Source of the DNA: Aureliella sp.
GTDB lineage: Bacteria > Planctomycetota > Planctomycetia > Pirellulales > Pirellulaceae
Length of the DNA stretch: 64,000 nt
Direction: 5' to 3'
Assembly (NCBI GenBank): GCA_963691875.1
Contig: OY829846.1
Coordinates: 2,944,001 to 3,008,000 of the forward strand
The position numbers and the translations under genes were made by a program. Each line of letters starts with the position of its first letter. The stretch's first letter is position 1. The notes under the pieces are model-generated. The model was not told the origin of the DNA. It did no database searches and saw only the letters and a program-made list of their open reading frames with translations. Of the stretch, positions 50,233 through 60,555 are shown piece after piece.

Positions 50233-52197
50233 CTACATTCTTGGCACGACGCCAATCCCCAGCAGTTCAAGACCCTGCTTCAGGACTTGCTGCGTCGCGA
50301 AGCAAAGAGCCAGTCGACTTTGTTTGAGTTCTTGCGTTTCTGCCTTCAAGACGGGGCACTGATCAAAGAAGGATGCGAACTGCTTGGCCAGACTATAGAT
50401 GTAAGCGGTCAACACGCTGGGATAATACTCCTCAACCGTATTAAGTAACACATCTTCGAATTGGAGAAGTTTCATCACGAGATCACGCTCCGCTTGCTCA
50501 GCAAGTTGAATCTCAAATCCGCCAACGGTTTCCAAGCTCAGATTCGTTTCGGATCGTGCGATGATGCTGCAGGTTCGGGCGTACATGTATTGCAAGTACG
50601 CGCCCGTCTCTCCAGCAAGTTGCACCATCTCGTTGATATTGAACTTGTAGTCACTGGTGCGATTGTGCGAGAGATCGGCGTACTTAATCGCACCAATCCC
50701 CACGGTTTCGGCAATCCTCAGCGTCTCCTCTTTGCTGAGTTCAGCCAAACCACCTTTCTCAAGGCGCTCTTCATCGCAGACAACCGCATGAGCAGCTTGG
50801 ACTGCTTCATCTAGTAGTAAGTCCAAGCCCATCACGGTGCCGCTTCGAGTCTTGAACGGAGTACCGTCTTCGCCGAGTACGGTGCCAAAACTCACGTGCT
50901 GCAACTCAACGTCTTTGTAGCCCATCTTGCGAGCAGCGACAAACAGCTTCTCAAAATGCTCCCCTTGTCGGTGGTCGACCACGTAAAGAATCGCGTCGGG
51001 CTTAAAATGCTCCATGCGGTACTCGATCGTCGCGAGGTCAGTGGTCGAGTAGAGGAAAGCTCCGTCGCTCTTCTGGATGATCATCGGAGTTTCGAACTCG
51101 TCCAGAAAAACGCAAATCGCGCCGTTGTCCTCTTTAGCAAGTCCACTTTCCGTGAGTCGCTCAACGACGCCCGGCAACATAGGGTGATAGAAGCTCTCGC
51201 CGTAAGTGTGGTCGAACTCGACGCCCAAGCGCCTGTAAGCTGAATCAATCTCTTCCATCGAGATTGGCACAAACTTCTCCCACAGCTCAAGATTGGCTTC
51301 GTCGCCGGCATGCATCTTGGCGGTTTCCAGCTGCGAGCGTTTTTCGATCTCTGGATGCTCTTCTGCCAATTTGAGCAGTTCGGGGGCGGATGCGACGGCT
51401 TGTATCTTCGAGTTGAGACCCGAGATCGAATCCTCTGCGCTTCGCACACTTCTCTTTGCCGCCTTCAGTTTTTTCTTTTGCTGCTTTGCATCTTCGTCAG
51501 GCGACGCCTCAACGACTGCAAGTGTTTCCTGGGCCTCAGCTAACTTTGCCTCCGCCCCTGGCAACTTGGGCAGCGAAGCTTGATATCCGACAATAGCTTG
51601 CACTGTTCGGTAGATGCGGCTGAGTTCGGCGACAGGCTGCTGTTCGAATGCGGCATCGTCTCGAAAGTTTCGATAGCCGTAGATGATCATGCCAAACTGG
51701 GTGCCCCAATCTCCCAAGTGGTTGTCGGCGATCACTTTGTGCCCCAAGAATCGCAAGATTCGGGCCAGTGCGTCTCCGATGACCGTTGTACGGATGTGCC
51801 CAACGTGCATGGGCTTGGCGACGTTGGGTGAGGAATAATCAATTACGAATGTCTTGCTATCCGTTGCTTCAGATACGGTCTGTCGTGGATCGACGGCTAA
51901 CTTGGCAACTTGCTCGGCTAGGAACTCGTCCTTGAGCTTCAAATTGATGAATCCAGGGCCCGCGATTTCCGGTTGTAAGCAAATGTCATCAAGCTCGACG
52001 CGCTCTACAAGCTCCTCAGCGATCTCTCGCGGATTCTTGCTCAGCACATTTTTCAGCGACATTGCCAAGTTTGCTTGATAGTCGCCGTGCCGAGCATCGC
52101 GAGCTTCAACCACTTGCTGCTTGTACCGCTCTGGGTTCTCGACCCATCCGTCGAGTGCTTGAGAAAATCGTTCTTGGAGGAGGCTGAGAATTTGCAT
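50233..52197 (-). CDS. argS: Arginine--tRNA ligase with coiled-coil insertion
   Basis: AGPGFIN, DYSSPNVAKPMHVGH, HLGDWGTQFG, FKTRSG, YLQY, C-terminal PRM. Confidence 0.97.
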   Translation of the reverse strand: MQILSLLQERFSQALDGWVENPERYKQQVVEARDARHGDYQANLAMSLKNVLSKNPREIAEELVERVELDDICLQPEIAGPGFINLKLKDEFLAEQVAKLAVDPRQTVSEATDSKTFVIDYSSPNVAKPMHVGHIRTTVIGDALARILRFLGHKVIADNHLGDWGTQFGMIIYGYRNFRDDAAFEQQPVAELSRIYRTVQAIVGYQASLPKLPGAEAKLAEAQETLAVVEASPDEDAKQQKKKLKAAKRSVRSAEDSISGLNSKIQAVASAPELLKLAEEHPEIEKRSQLETAKMHAGDEANLELWEKFVPISMEEIDSAYRRLGVEFDHTYGESFYHPMLPGVVERLTESGLAKEDNGAICVFLDEFETPMIIQKSDGAFLYSTTDLATIEYRMEHFKPDAILYVVDHRQGEHFEKLFVAARKMGYKDVELQHVSFGTVLGEDGTPFKTRSGTVMGLDLLLDEAVQAAHAVVCDEERLEKGGLAELSKEETLRIAETVGIGAIKYADLSHNRTSDYKFNINEMVQLAGETGAYLQYMYARTCSIIARSETNLSLETVGGFEIQLAEQAERDLVMKLLQFEDVLLNTVEEYYPSVLTAYIYSLAKQFASFFDQCPVLKAETQELKQSRLALCFATQQVLKQGLELLGIGVVPRM

Positions 52198-52513
52198 GCG
52201 TCGATATCGTAGTCTGCCGGAGGCGTTGTTTGCTTCGCTGAATTCAAAATTGCCACAGGTCTCTGCGGGCTGCCAGTTGGACTTTCATCGCCGTGAAAGG
52301 TTCGTGGTCTGCAGGAGTTTGCAGAGAGAATTGACTTCACTCTGCAGATTTTCGCACTTTTGGCCAGAAATCCCAGGGGGCAAGTAGTACCGTCTCCGCA
52401 GCAGCTCTCACCCAGAAAATGCTTATCGCCGGTCGTCAGGTCTCACGGCAGGCAAGCGGAATTGGCATCGGGAGCGCCGAAGCTGTCGAATAGCTCAGCT
52501 GCTAGAGCCCTCG

Positions 52514-52750
52514 CTAGCTGGATAGTTCGGCCAGATACTTGCGGCGTTTTCGGTGGCCCCGGAGCTTTGCTCGGTAAAAGCTGTCTACGCTCATTCCTAG
52601 CTCTTCGACGACACAGGTTGCACGCAGCCCGTCAAGCGTTGTCTGGCGGAAGGCGGTCCAGGTCTGGCGTCTGATTTCGGCGGAGACCTGCTCTATCACT
52701 TGATGTACGCTGAGGCAGTGAATCGAGTCAGGACAAATGCACGACTCGAG
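52514..52750 (-). pseudogene. Remnant of ECF sigma factor region 4
   Basis: QTWTAFRQTTLDG...EELGMSVDSFYRAKLR resembles planctomycete ECF C-termini; no region 2 upstream, in-frame stop nearby. Confidence 0.55.
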
Positions 52751-52877
52751 TTCTTAAAGCCGGATCCATCAACCGCACCGCATCCAGCAACTTGAAGGAA
52801 AGTATCGGATGCTCAGGGTTGCTGCGATCATGTCGAAGATCTGGAATGAGAGAACTAAGGCGAGCGTCAGAAAGGCC

Positions 52878-54200
52878 TCAGGGCCGGATCGTAATGGTTT
52901 GGTTTGCTCGTTCCAGTTTCAAGCTAGCGTGCTGCCCAAACTGCATCAACAATTCGTCAACCTTGGCGTTCTTGATATCCAGCGAAATCCGTTGTTTCCT
53001 TTGTTCATCGGCTACGGCGGAGTCCCACTTCAATTTCAACCCCAAGCTACCAGCCAAGCTATTCAGAACGACTTCAACCGGCTCGTTCTTGACTTCAAAA
53101 CTATACACGCTGTTGGCAAACGCATTCTTCGGAGTGCCGCCGCCAGAAGCTGGCTGAGCTAACAAAGCCTGGTGCAAAGCCGTAGGACCGCTGACCAATG
53201 TCAATTCACCTCGGCGCGTCACTTTGCCTTTGTGCCGTCGCGCTAGCTTCGCCAAATCCGCGGTACGCCGCGCGATCGGCCCCAATGATTTTGATTCGTA
53301 GCTGCAGGACCAAGCACGCTCGGAACTCAACAATCGATAGCCAAGGGAGCTTTCTCTTTCGTTCCAAAATGGTTCTATTCCAAAGCCGCTACCAATCAGA
53401 ACCAGCTGAGTCGCTAGGGTACAGTTTTCGATAGTACCTTCATGCATCAGGTCGTGCGGCAACTTTGCTGAGACTGATATCGACCAAGAAGACTCGAGTT
53501 GCTGTACTAGACTCATAGGTGTTGCAAGCTCTTCCCATTGCAGGACTCGCATTTCGGTACGAGCCTGATTCGCATGTTTGCTAAGGGCATCGTGCAGTAC
53601 CACGTGTGCCCGCTGCAAACGTGGCAACGTGTTAGCCGGGCCAACGTACAGCACGCTCTCCAAGAGCCCCAGATCAAGCTCAAACTCCTTGCCAAGACGT
53701 TCGATGGCGGTTGCCAAAGTATCGCTTTGGTCCGTCTGCATTTTCAATAACTGATTGGGATCAATCCGACGATCAATCCACAGACTAAGCCGGTGTGACT
53801 TGGCCAATTCTTGCATGCCTTGACGCAAGGGTTTGTTTTGCCATAGCAGCGTCGTTGACTGATTCAGCTTGTTAATGGAAACACGCGCATTAGGCATGTC
53901 CAGCAGGTTGTATTCGAGCGAAGAGTTATTGTTGGCTAGTGCTGTCAAAGGCAAAAGGCTAAGCAGAATCAGTGCAGCAGGCTTGAAGATGGCTGAACTG
54001 ATGCCACCAAACCAAACCACATTGGCCACCTGTAGAAGTGTCCAACTCTGCTTTGAAATTCGATCTAGGTTCATGCCGCCCGATTGCCTTTTGGCTAGCA
54101 ATTCATCTGTCTGCCGCGTTTGGCCAAGCCGAAGAATCATGTCGTAAAGCCCTTTGACAGGTCTTAGCCGGCTTTTGCTTGCTTCCACTACCTTCATCAT
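52878..54200 (-). CDS. Secreted hypothetical protein with STN-like domains
   Basis: Signal-like segment; IDRRIDP and C-terminal ISLDIKNAKVDELL...TITIRP; true start probably downstream of 54200. Confidence 0.7.
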   Translation of the reverse strand: MMKVVEASKSRLRPVKGLYDMILRLGQTRQTDELLAKRQSGGMNLDRISKQSWTLLQVANVVWFGGISSAIFKPAALILLSLLPLTALANNNSSLEYNLLDMPNARVSINKLNQSTTLLWQNKPLRQGMQELAKSHRLSLWIDRRIDPNQLLKMQTDQSDTLATAIERLGKEFELDLGLLESVLYVGPANTLPRLQRAHVVLHDALSKHANQARTEMRVLQWEELATPMSLVQQLESSWSISVSAKLPHDLMHEGTIENCTLATQLVLIGSGFGIEPFWNERESSLGYRLLSSERAWSCSYESKSLGPIARRTADLAKLARRHKGKVTRRGELTLVSGPTALHQALLAQPASGGGTPKNAFANSVYSFEVKNEPVEVVLNSLAGSLGLKLKWDSAVADEQRKQRISLDIKNAKVDELLMQFGQHASLKLERANQTITIRP

Positions 54201-54494
54201 ACCACAGCGTTACGTTTCACTTTGCGCAGATTAAAGAGAATACACGGACGAAAGCTACCAAAGCCCAGATCGAAAATATTCCTTCAACAGCCGCTGCCGC
54301 TGGACAAAGAATTGCTCTGCTAGGCTTCGAGATTATACTGAAGCGAGCTTTCCTGGATGAAACTTCTACAGGATTCATTCTTTTGGCGAGAATGGCAAAC
54401 ATTATCCAGCCCGGGTGCGAAAAACAGATCAAATCGATCGCTTCAGAAATACCCGCTGGTAGACCGCGAGAGAACTTAGCAACTGGATGTCCAA

Positions 54495-55157
54495 GTGGGC
54501 CAAAGAGCAACTCGATACTCACAGCTTCTTCGCTTCTACCATACCTATCTGCGAGAGGGCGATACGCCTTGTTTCATCCGTTCGGTGGCTCAGTCCTACA
54601 CGCTTGGTTCGCTGGAACGTCTGATACTGTCGGGCGATAAGCACACTAGGCGAGCTTCAGCCATAGCTCTGGGCTTGATCGGCGATATCTCGAATATGCC
54701 AACGCTAGGCCGGTTGCTTTCTCATCCCGACCGCAAGCTCCGCTTGGTAGTTGATGATGCAGTTCGAAGCATTGCGGCCCGCGAAGGCACACCCTACCAA
54801 CGACAGCAGCTGGAGTTGATCGTTCGAGCCAACGAGTGTGGACAGTTCGAGGACTCGATCGAAATGGCAACCGAATCGGTTGAAGGTGGCGACAGCAGTG
54901 CGGAAATCTTTCACCAGCGTTCCTTGGCGTTTTTCCAGAGTGACGCAATCGAGCTCGCGATCGAGGATTGCCATCAAGTCCTGAAGCTCAATGAGTTTCA
55001 CTACGGAGCGATGGTTGGACTCGGGCACTGCCACTTGGAGCTCGGTGATTTGCTCGAAGCGCTGAACTGGTTCCGCAATGCCTTAATTGTGTTCCCGGAC
55101 CTGGAACCTGTACGTATGCAAGTCCGACAACTTGAAAAAGCAATTCAAGAGCTGTAG
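54495..55157 (+). CDS. HEAT + TPR repeat protein
   Basis: RRASAIALGLIG (HEAT); AIEDCHQVLKLNEFHYGAMVGLG (TPR). Confidence 0.85.
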   Translation: MGQRATRYSQLLRFYHTYLREGDTPCFIRSVAQSYTLGSLERLILSGDKHTRRASAIALGLIGDISNMPTLGRLLSHPDRKLRLVVDDAVRSIAAREGTPYQRQQLELIVRANECGQFEDSIEMATESVEGGDSSAEIFHQRSLAFFQSDAIELAIEDCHQVLKLNEFHYGAMVGLGHCHLELGDLLEALNWFRNALIVFPDLEPVRMQVRQLEKAIQEL

Positions 55158-55213
55158 GTGGCCTTTGCGAGCGAATTCAGTCACACTGGCTTGCGTCAAG
55201 TACTTTTGAACCC

Positions 55214-56671
55214 CTAAAAATCTCGAAACGGCCCGCGTGGTTTTGCCCCCTCCATCTTTGCAAGCCAATTCTCATAGCGTGCTTGCACCATCTTCAGTAT
55301 CTCCGGCTTTATTTTAGACAGATCAACCTTCTCACCGATATCTTTTGATAGATCGAACAATCCACCAGCTTCGCCGCCCATATCGACCCACTTCCAGTTG
55401 TCGACTCGCGCCCCGACCAGCTTCTTTCGTTTCCAAAACATCTCGTGACGTGGCGATTCGGTCTCGCCTCGCAGCACATCCCACCAATCGAAGCCATCCA
55501 ACACGACACCTTCTGGCGGCTGAGCTCCGATTGCCGCAACAAGACTTGGAAAGATCTCAAGACTCGTCAGAAATTCATCGTTGACTTTGCCAGCCGGAAT
55601 ATCGCCTCCTGGCCAGCGAACCAAGCAAGGCACCCGAATACCGCCTTCCCAAGTCTGCGACTTGCGTCCACGCAGCGGCGAGTTGTCGGCACCTCCGCTT
55701 CCACCGTTATCCGACAAGAAGATGACGATCGTGTCGTCAAGGATTCCTTTCTCCTCCAGAGCGTCTAGCATCTTCCCGATCGCCGCATCCATACAAGTCA
55801 CCGCCGCTCGGTAGTTGCGTGTCCGCGCTTCTTTCGTGGTGACTTTGGCGGGTGCAGCGTAGCGAAACTGCTCTACTTCACGATACTCTTTCTCGACAGG
55901 CGGATACATGGCCTTGAACTCTTCAGGAGCTTGCACTGACGACCGAATCTTCGGCTCCAAGGCAGAGGAGTTGTGCGGTGCATTGAAGGGGACGTACAAA
56001 AAGAATGGCTCTTTGCCTGCGTGGTTCTCAAGAAAGCGAATCGCCTCCCGCTCAAACAAATAGGTGCAGTACGTTCCCTTGTCTTCTTCCGTCGGCTCGA
56101 GGTTCCGAACCATACTTGGCACGCCGTAGCGCTCGTGTGTGTAGTAGTCGATGCCTGTATTGACGAAGCCGTAAAACTCATCAAAACCACGTGAAGTAGG
56201 CAAAAATCGCTTCAACGTCCCTAAGTCCCATTTGCCAAAGATACCACTGCGATATCCTCTCTCCTTCAAAACGTGCGGAAGAATGATCTCTCGCAGATCC
56301 ATGCCTCCGATTCTCTCGAATGTTACCGCGTACTCTTCAGCAGAATACTTCTTGCCATAATCCGGCGCCTCATTGCGGATCATGTCATAGATACCATTGC
56401 GTTGCGGATACCGGCCCGTTAGAAGGCTCGCCCGCGAAGGCGTACACGCTGGCCATGAAACGTAGAAATTGGTCAGCCTCGTTCCCTCTCGAGTCAGGCG
56501 ATCCAGTGCAGGCGTGATGATTCCGTTGCCCAACGATCCTAAGTCGTTGTAGCCCTGATCATCCGAAACTATCAGCAAGATATTAGGCCGCTCCTCGGCG
56601 ACGCAGGCAGTAGCCAACGCCAACGCCCAGATTAGCAGGCAGCAAACAATCGAAGGATAACGCATATGCAT
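55214..56671 (-). CDS. Sulfatase (FGly-dependent, Cys-type)
   Basis: Signal peptide, RPNILLIVSDD, CTPSRASLLTGR, SDNG. Confidence 0.95.
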   Translation of the reverse strand: MHMRYPSIVCCLLIWALALATACVAEERPNILLIVSDDQGYNDLGSLGNGIITPALDRLTREGTRLTNFYVSWPACTPSRASLLTGRYPQRNGIYDMIRNEAPDYGKKYSAEEYAVTFERIGGMDLREIILPHVLKERGYRSGIFGKWDLGTLKRFLPTSRGFDEFYGFVNTGIDYYTHERYGVPSMVRNLEPTEEDKGTYCTYLFEREAIRFLENHAGKEPFFLYVPFNAPHNSSALEPKIRSSVQAPEEFKAMYPPVEKEYREVEQFRYAAPAKVTTKEARTRNYRAAVTCMDAAIGKMLDALEEKGILDDTIVIFLSDNGGSGGADNSPLRGRKSQTWEGGIRVPCLVRWPGGDIPAGKVNDEFLTSLEIFPSLVAAIGAQPPEGVVLDGFDWWDVLRGETESPRHEMFWKRKKLVGARVDNWKWVDMGGEAGGLFDLSKDIGEKVDLSKIKPEILKMVQARYENWLAKMEGAKPRGPFRDF

Positions 56672-56812
56672 AAACTTGTTCTCAGACGCGTCTTAAATTG
56701 ATCTTCTTTCGGATTATCATACCCCCTCGAAAGCGGACAAATAGGTGACGAAACACCCCACAGCGTCAACTCCAGCGCCGAGATTGCGGTTTCTACCTTC
56801 TCGTCGGCGAGA

Positions 56813-58864
56813 TCAGTTAATTGCCCAAGTGGTTTTCGCGCGGGCTTTTTCAACTCGTATTGTCAGCGTGAAGGGATGGCTGCCTTGGGCCAGCATGCGT
56901 GGAGAGCTGCTGGCTTTTCCGCTTTCTCTTAAATCGATTAGATGGCCTTCGTGTAATCGCATGAAGCATGGCGAGTCAGAGCTGAGATCAATCACCTTGG
57001 CCCCCTCGGTTCCGACTCTGAAACTTCCTGTGATCTGATAAACACCTGGACGCGGTGCGACGAAAGTGAGCTGACCATGTGTATTGAGTTTGATGCGGTC
57101 GGCAATAGTCTCAGACTCTCCCGTTAGGGTCGATACGTAGGAGACGAGCTTTGGCAAATCGACACGATGAACTTCATAGCTGGATCCTAATTGGCCTGAA
57201 GCCGGGATAGCAGCCGAATCGTAAGGTCGCTTTGCCGAGTCGTTGGGGCTGCGGACTTGAAGGACTCTGTCTTTCATCTGAGCCTGCAAGCGACTCATTG
57301 CTTGGGAAGTTCCAGCCAGGTTGTTGGCTTCGTCTACGTCCTTTTCGACTTCGTAGATTTCAAAGTCGTCCTCAGCGGACTTGATGTTGTAACGAACGCC
57401 TTTGTACAAGGCTCCGTCTTCCCCGGTCAAGCGGATGACTTGCATCTGTTTCCGAGGCTTTGATCTCCGGTTTGCACCGAAGTCGCCATAGTTCGGCGTC
57501 TTACCTCCATTTTCATACTCGATGTAGATCAAGCCTTCTAGTTGTTCGCCCTCGCCCGTCAGAGTAGGTAGCAAGGAGACTCCGTCGCATCGAGCCGGCG
57601 TTGGCACCTGAGCCACGTCACATAGCGTTGCCATCCAGTCGTGAAACTGAGACGGTCTATTATCGATTTGGTTGGCAGCGATCTTACCCTTCCACCAAGC
57701 TAAAGTTGGCATCCGAATGCCGCCCTCCCAGCAATCTCGTTTGGTACCATCAAAAGGACCGTAGGACTGGAAAGCTTGTGGTGTGTAGCTAGCGGAGCCC
57801 CATTTCTCGCCCGCCAAATACGCTTCGTGGTGCGGTCCGTTGTCATTGGTGAAAATGACGAGCGTGTTCTCAGCAAGTCCCAGCTGCTCGAGCGTTGCGT
57901 TTAAATCTCCAACGGCCGAATCGATACGTCTGACCATCGTTGCGAATCGCTTTTCGACATCTTTCCATGGCTTTTCGGCATATTCGGGATGAATGAAAGA
58001 ATCGACTTCTCCCTTGGCTGAATTGATCGCCGGTTGAGCGATCGAGTTCGGGTCGGTGCCGCCAGTCCACTGAAGCCCGCCTTCGACACCGCTTCCGGCC
58101 GGATAAGGAACCGCAGGGATTTGCAACGCAGCATGTGGCGTGTCGTAGTTCAGCATCAGAAAAAAGGGCTGATCGCTTCGCTGCTCAACATGCGTCTTCA
58201 AAAAGTGTTTGGCGCGTGCTGTAAAGAGATCTGTCGTGTAGCACTTCGAGAGCGACTCGCTAATCTCATAATCGCCTGACGCATCGGAATGCCACAAATC
58301 CGGAACGCCCTTGTGCCCGTCGTTTGCCAACTTCCAAGGATCATTGGGATAGTGCAAATGCCCGGCATAGTGACTGACATAGCCAAAGAACTCATCAAAG
58401 CCTCGCTTGGTGGGATACGAGGGCCAGTCGTCTGGTGTGCCAGTTTGTTGCTTTCCCTTTGGGCCGCCTTGCAATCCGTATTTGCCAATCATGCAAGTTC
58501 GGTATCCTGCCTCGCGAAGAACCGAACCCAGTGTATGATTATCCTCCAGTTCTTTATCGAACTGATTGTTTCGGACAACTGCGTTACCTTGGTGCACTCC
58601 CGTCAGTAGCGAAGAACGGCTCGGTGCGCAGACCGGTGCAGGGCAGTAATGAGCCCGCATTTGGATACCGGCGGCAGCCAGCCGATCGAGCTGCGGAGTG
58701 CGGTGCGTTTTTTCGTGCTGCGAGTTGTTCTGATAAAACACTCCCAGATCACCCCAGCCAAGATCGTCGGTGAAGATAAAGACGATATTGGGTTGCTTGC
58801 CAGCCAGGCCAGCATTGAAGAAGACGACGCATAGCAGGCATAGATAGCTGGAGCGGAATTTCAT
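56813..58864 (-). CDS. Sulfatase (FGly-dependent, Cys-type) with C-terminal extension
   Basis: PNIVFIFTDDLG, CAPSRSSLLTG, DNGPH. Confidence 0.95.
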   Translation of the reverse strand: MKFRSSYLCLLCVVFFNAGLAGKQPNIVFIFTDDLGWGDLGVFYQNNSQHEKTHRTPQLDRLAAAGIQMRAHYCPAPVCAPSRSSLLTGVHQGNAVVRNNQFDKELEDNHTLGSVLREAGYRTCMIGKYGLQGGPKGKQQTGTPDDWPSYPTKRGFDEFFGYVSHYAGHLHYPNDPWKLANDGHKGVPDLWHSDASGDYEISESLSKCYTTDLFTARAKHFLKTHVEQRSDQPFFLMLNYDTPHAALQIPAVPYPAGSGVEGGLQWTGGTDPNSIAQPAINSAKGEVDSFIHPEYAEKPWKDVEKRFATMVRRIDSAVGDLNATLEQLGLAENTLVIFTNDNGPHHEAYLAGEKWGSASYTPQAFQSYGPFDGTKRDCWEGGIRMPTLAWWKGKIAANQIDNRPSQFHDWMATLCDVAQVPTPARCDGVSLLPTLTGEGEQLEGLIYIEYENGGKTPNYGDFGANRRSKPRKQMQVIRLTGEDGALYKGVRYNIKSAEDDFEIYEVEKDVDEANNLAGTSQAMSRLQAQMKDRVLQVRSPNDSAKRPYDSAAIPASGQLGSSYEVHRVDLPKLVSYVSTLTGESETIADRIKLNTHGQLTFVAPRPGVYQITGSFRVGTEGAKVIDLSSDSPCFMRLHEGHLIDLRESGKASSSPRMLAQGSHPFTLTIRVEKARAKTTWAIN

Positions 58865-59177
58865 CTGTCGTTTTGCTTTCATGATGCGAAGCGAGAATGG
58901 CTCGTGGGTTAGACTAGGCGATTCACGGGTCTGGTTGCACTGAGCTGCCCACGTCTCCTGTTCCAAGTATCTGCTCATCAGCAGCAATTCCGATTAAATC
59001 CGGAACTGCACACCAAAGAACTGGCGGCCCACAGAGCTATGCGTCTTGGATTATGGTTTCCGCGTTCGAGTTTTCAACGATTACACTGACAAAACGTGCA
59101 ACGCTGGCAGGTTGAGAGAGGATTTTCTTCGTGATAACCTGCTGGTCGTCAATCAAACCCCTCTCAGGAGACAAGGT

Positions 59178-59924
59178 GTGCGTGGGTATTCAAACCTGAT
59201 CCGTTTCGTCCTATGTACGGCGACACTGGCTACTAACGGCTTGAATTCATTTGCCCAGGAAGCGAATTCAGCTAGCGAACCTGCCAAGCAAACTGCTCAT
59301 AGGTTTGCCGTCAAAGTCGATCTTAACTATCTGTTGTATCTACCCAAAGAGTACCAGAAGGCGGAGGCTAAGAAATGGCCGCTTGTTGTCTTTCTTCATG
59401 GCGCAGGCGAACGCGGTTCTGACATCAAGAAAGTCAAATCTTGGGGACCACCTCGGCTCGTCGAAAAGGGCAAAGACTTTCCGTTCGTGATGATCGCTCC
59501 GCAATGTCCAAATGGCGGGTTCTGGAACATCGATCATCTACTGCAATTGATTAAGTCGACCATCAAGGAACACAACATTGATGAGGATCGAGTTTACTTG
59601 ACCGGCCTCAGCATGGGTGGCTATGGCAGCTGGGCGCTGGCGGCCACAGCACCCGAGATGTTCGCTGCGGTTGCACCAATTTGTGGAGGTGGGGATCCAC
59701 AAACAGCATCCAAGCTTAAGGATCTGCCGATCTGGGTTTTCCACGGAGACACCGACCGAGTTGTTCCGATTTCGGGAAGCCAAAAAATGGTCGACGCAAT
59801 CAAGGACGCGGGAGGAGAAAAGGTCAAATTTACAATTTACCAAGGCGTTGGTCACAACAGCTGGACGGCGACCTACGAGAATGAGCTGCTATACGAGTGG
59901 TTCTTGAAGAACAAGAGAGAATAA
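59178..59924 (+). CDS. Secreted alpha/beta-hydrolase (predicted peptidase/esterase)
   Basis: FLHGAGERG, GLSMGG, FHGDTD, GHNSW; GTG start after AGGAG. Confidence 0.9.
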   Translation: MRGYSNLIRFVLCTATLATNGLNSFAQEANSASEPAKQTAHRFAVKVDLNYLLYLPKEYQKAEAKKWPLVVFLHGAGERGSDIKKVKSWGPPRLVEKGKDFPFVMIAPQCPNGGFWNIDHLLQLIKSTIKEHNIDEDRVYLTGLSMGGYGSWALAATAPEMFAAVAPICGGGDPQTASKLKDLPIWVFHGDTDRVVPISGSQKMVDAIKDAGGEKVKFTIYQGVGHNSWTATYENELLYEWFLKNKRE

Positions 59925-60018
59925 AGCCCTGGCGGGTTGCCGTTTCTGGCAACAGATCAGGTGCACAGTAATGAATAGCTTGGCACTCACAATTTTTGCT
60001 TGCAGCTACACGCGGCAT

Positions 60019-60246
60019 TTAAAGATCTGACGGCAACTGCTCCAGCACCTCTTCATGCTTAGGGAATCGCCCCGTGTGATGCTTGCTGTAGATCAGCTTG
60101 CCCTCCACCTCCACATCGAAGACCCCACCTTTGCCCTCGATCAGTAGAGCCTCGACTCCGGTCGATTGGAGAATCCTAGCGGCCAAACTGGTCGCTTGTG
60201 GTTTGTAGTTTCACATTACGCAATAGGTAATTTTGATTTGCAGCAT
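60019..60246 (-). CDS. SelW/SelT/SelH (Rdx) family selenoprotein, 75 aa, CxxU
   Basis: MLQIKITYCVM-U(TGA 60213-60211)-NYKPQATSLAARILQSTGVEALLIEGKGGVFDVEVEGKLIYSKHHTGRFPKHEEVLEQLPSDL*; Rdx motifs on both sides of the TGA. Confidence 0.92.
60177..60210 (-). promoter_or_regulatory. Candidate bacterial SECIS hairpin
   Basis: After UGA: AACUACAAACCACA-AGCGACCA-GUU-UGGCCGCU; the apical loop starts with G after a 22-nt spacer. Confidence 0.65.
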
Positions 60247-60330
60247 GTCGACTTTGAAGGAGAAGAGAAGGCGAGTCGAGAGTTCTAAGCCTTGGAAGAA
60301 GGGGAGCCAACCTGTCCAGCAAGACATTGC

Positions 60331-60456
60331 AGGGCTGATCAAAGTTTCATGCTGGGCCAACTTTCAATTTCAGCCGCATTGGGGTTAGCCACCGCTTATG
60401 GCGAGAGAACCGTCGCTAACGCGATACCGCTAGATTGAAACTTTGATTGGCCCAGC
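60331..60456. repeat. Composite REP/MITE-like inverted repeat
   Basis: GGGCTGATCAAAGTTTCA and GCTGGGCCAA on the left pair with TTGAAACTTTGATTGGCCCAGC on the right; inner GTTAGC...GCTAAC family A-like core. Confidence 0.65.
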
Positions 60457-60520
60457 TTCGGCCTTCCCAACAAGAAATACCACGCGGAGGCGCGGAGAGC
60501 GAGAGTGTAGTTACTTCAAA

Positions 60521-60555
60521 ATTGAACATTCGTTGTTCGGTATTCGATATTCGTT
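60521..60555. repeat. Heptamer tandem repeat
   Basis: ATTGAAC ATTCGTT GTTCGGT ATTCGAT ATTCGTT. Confidence 0.7.
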
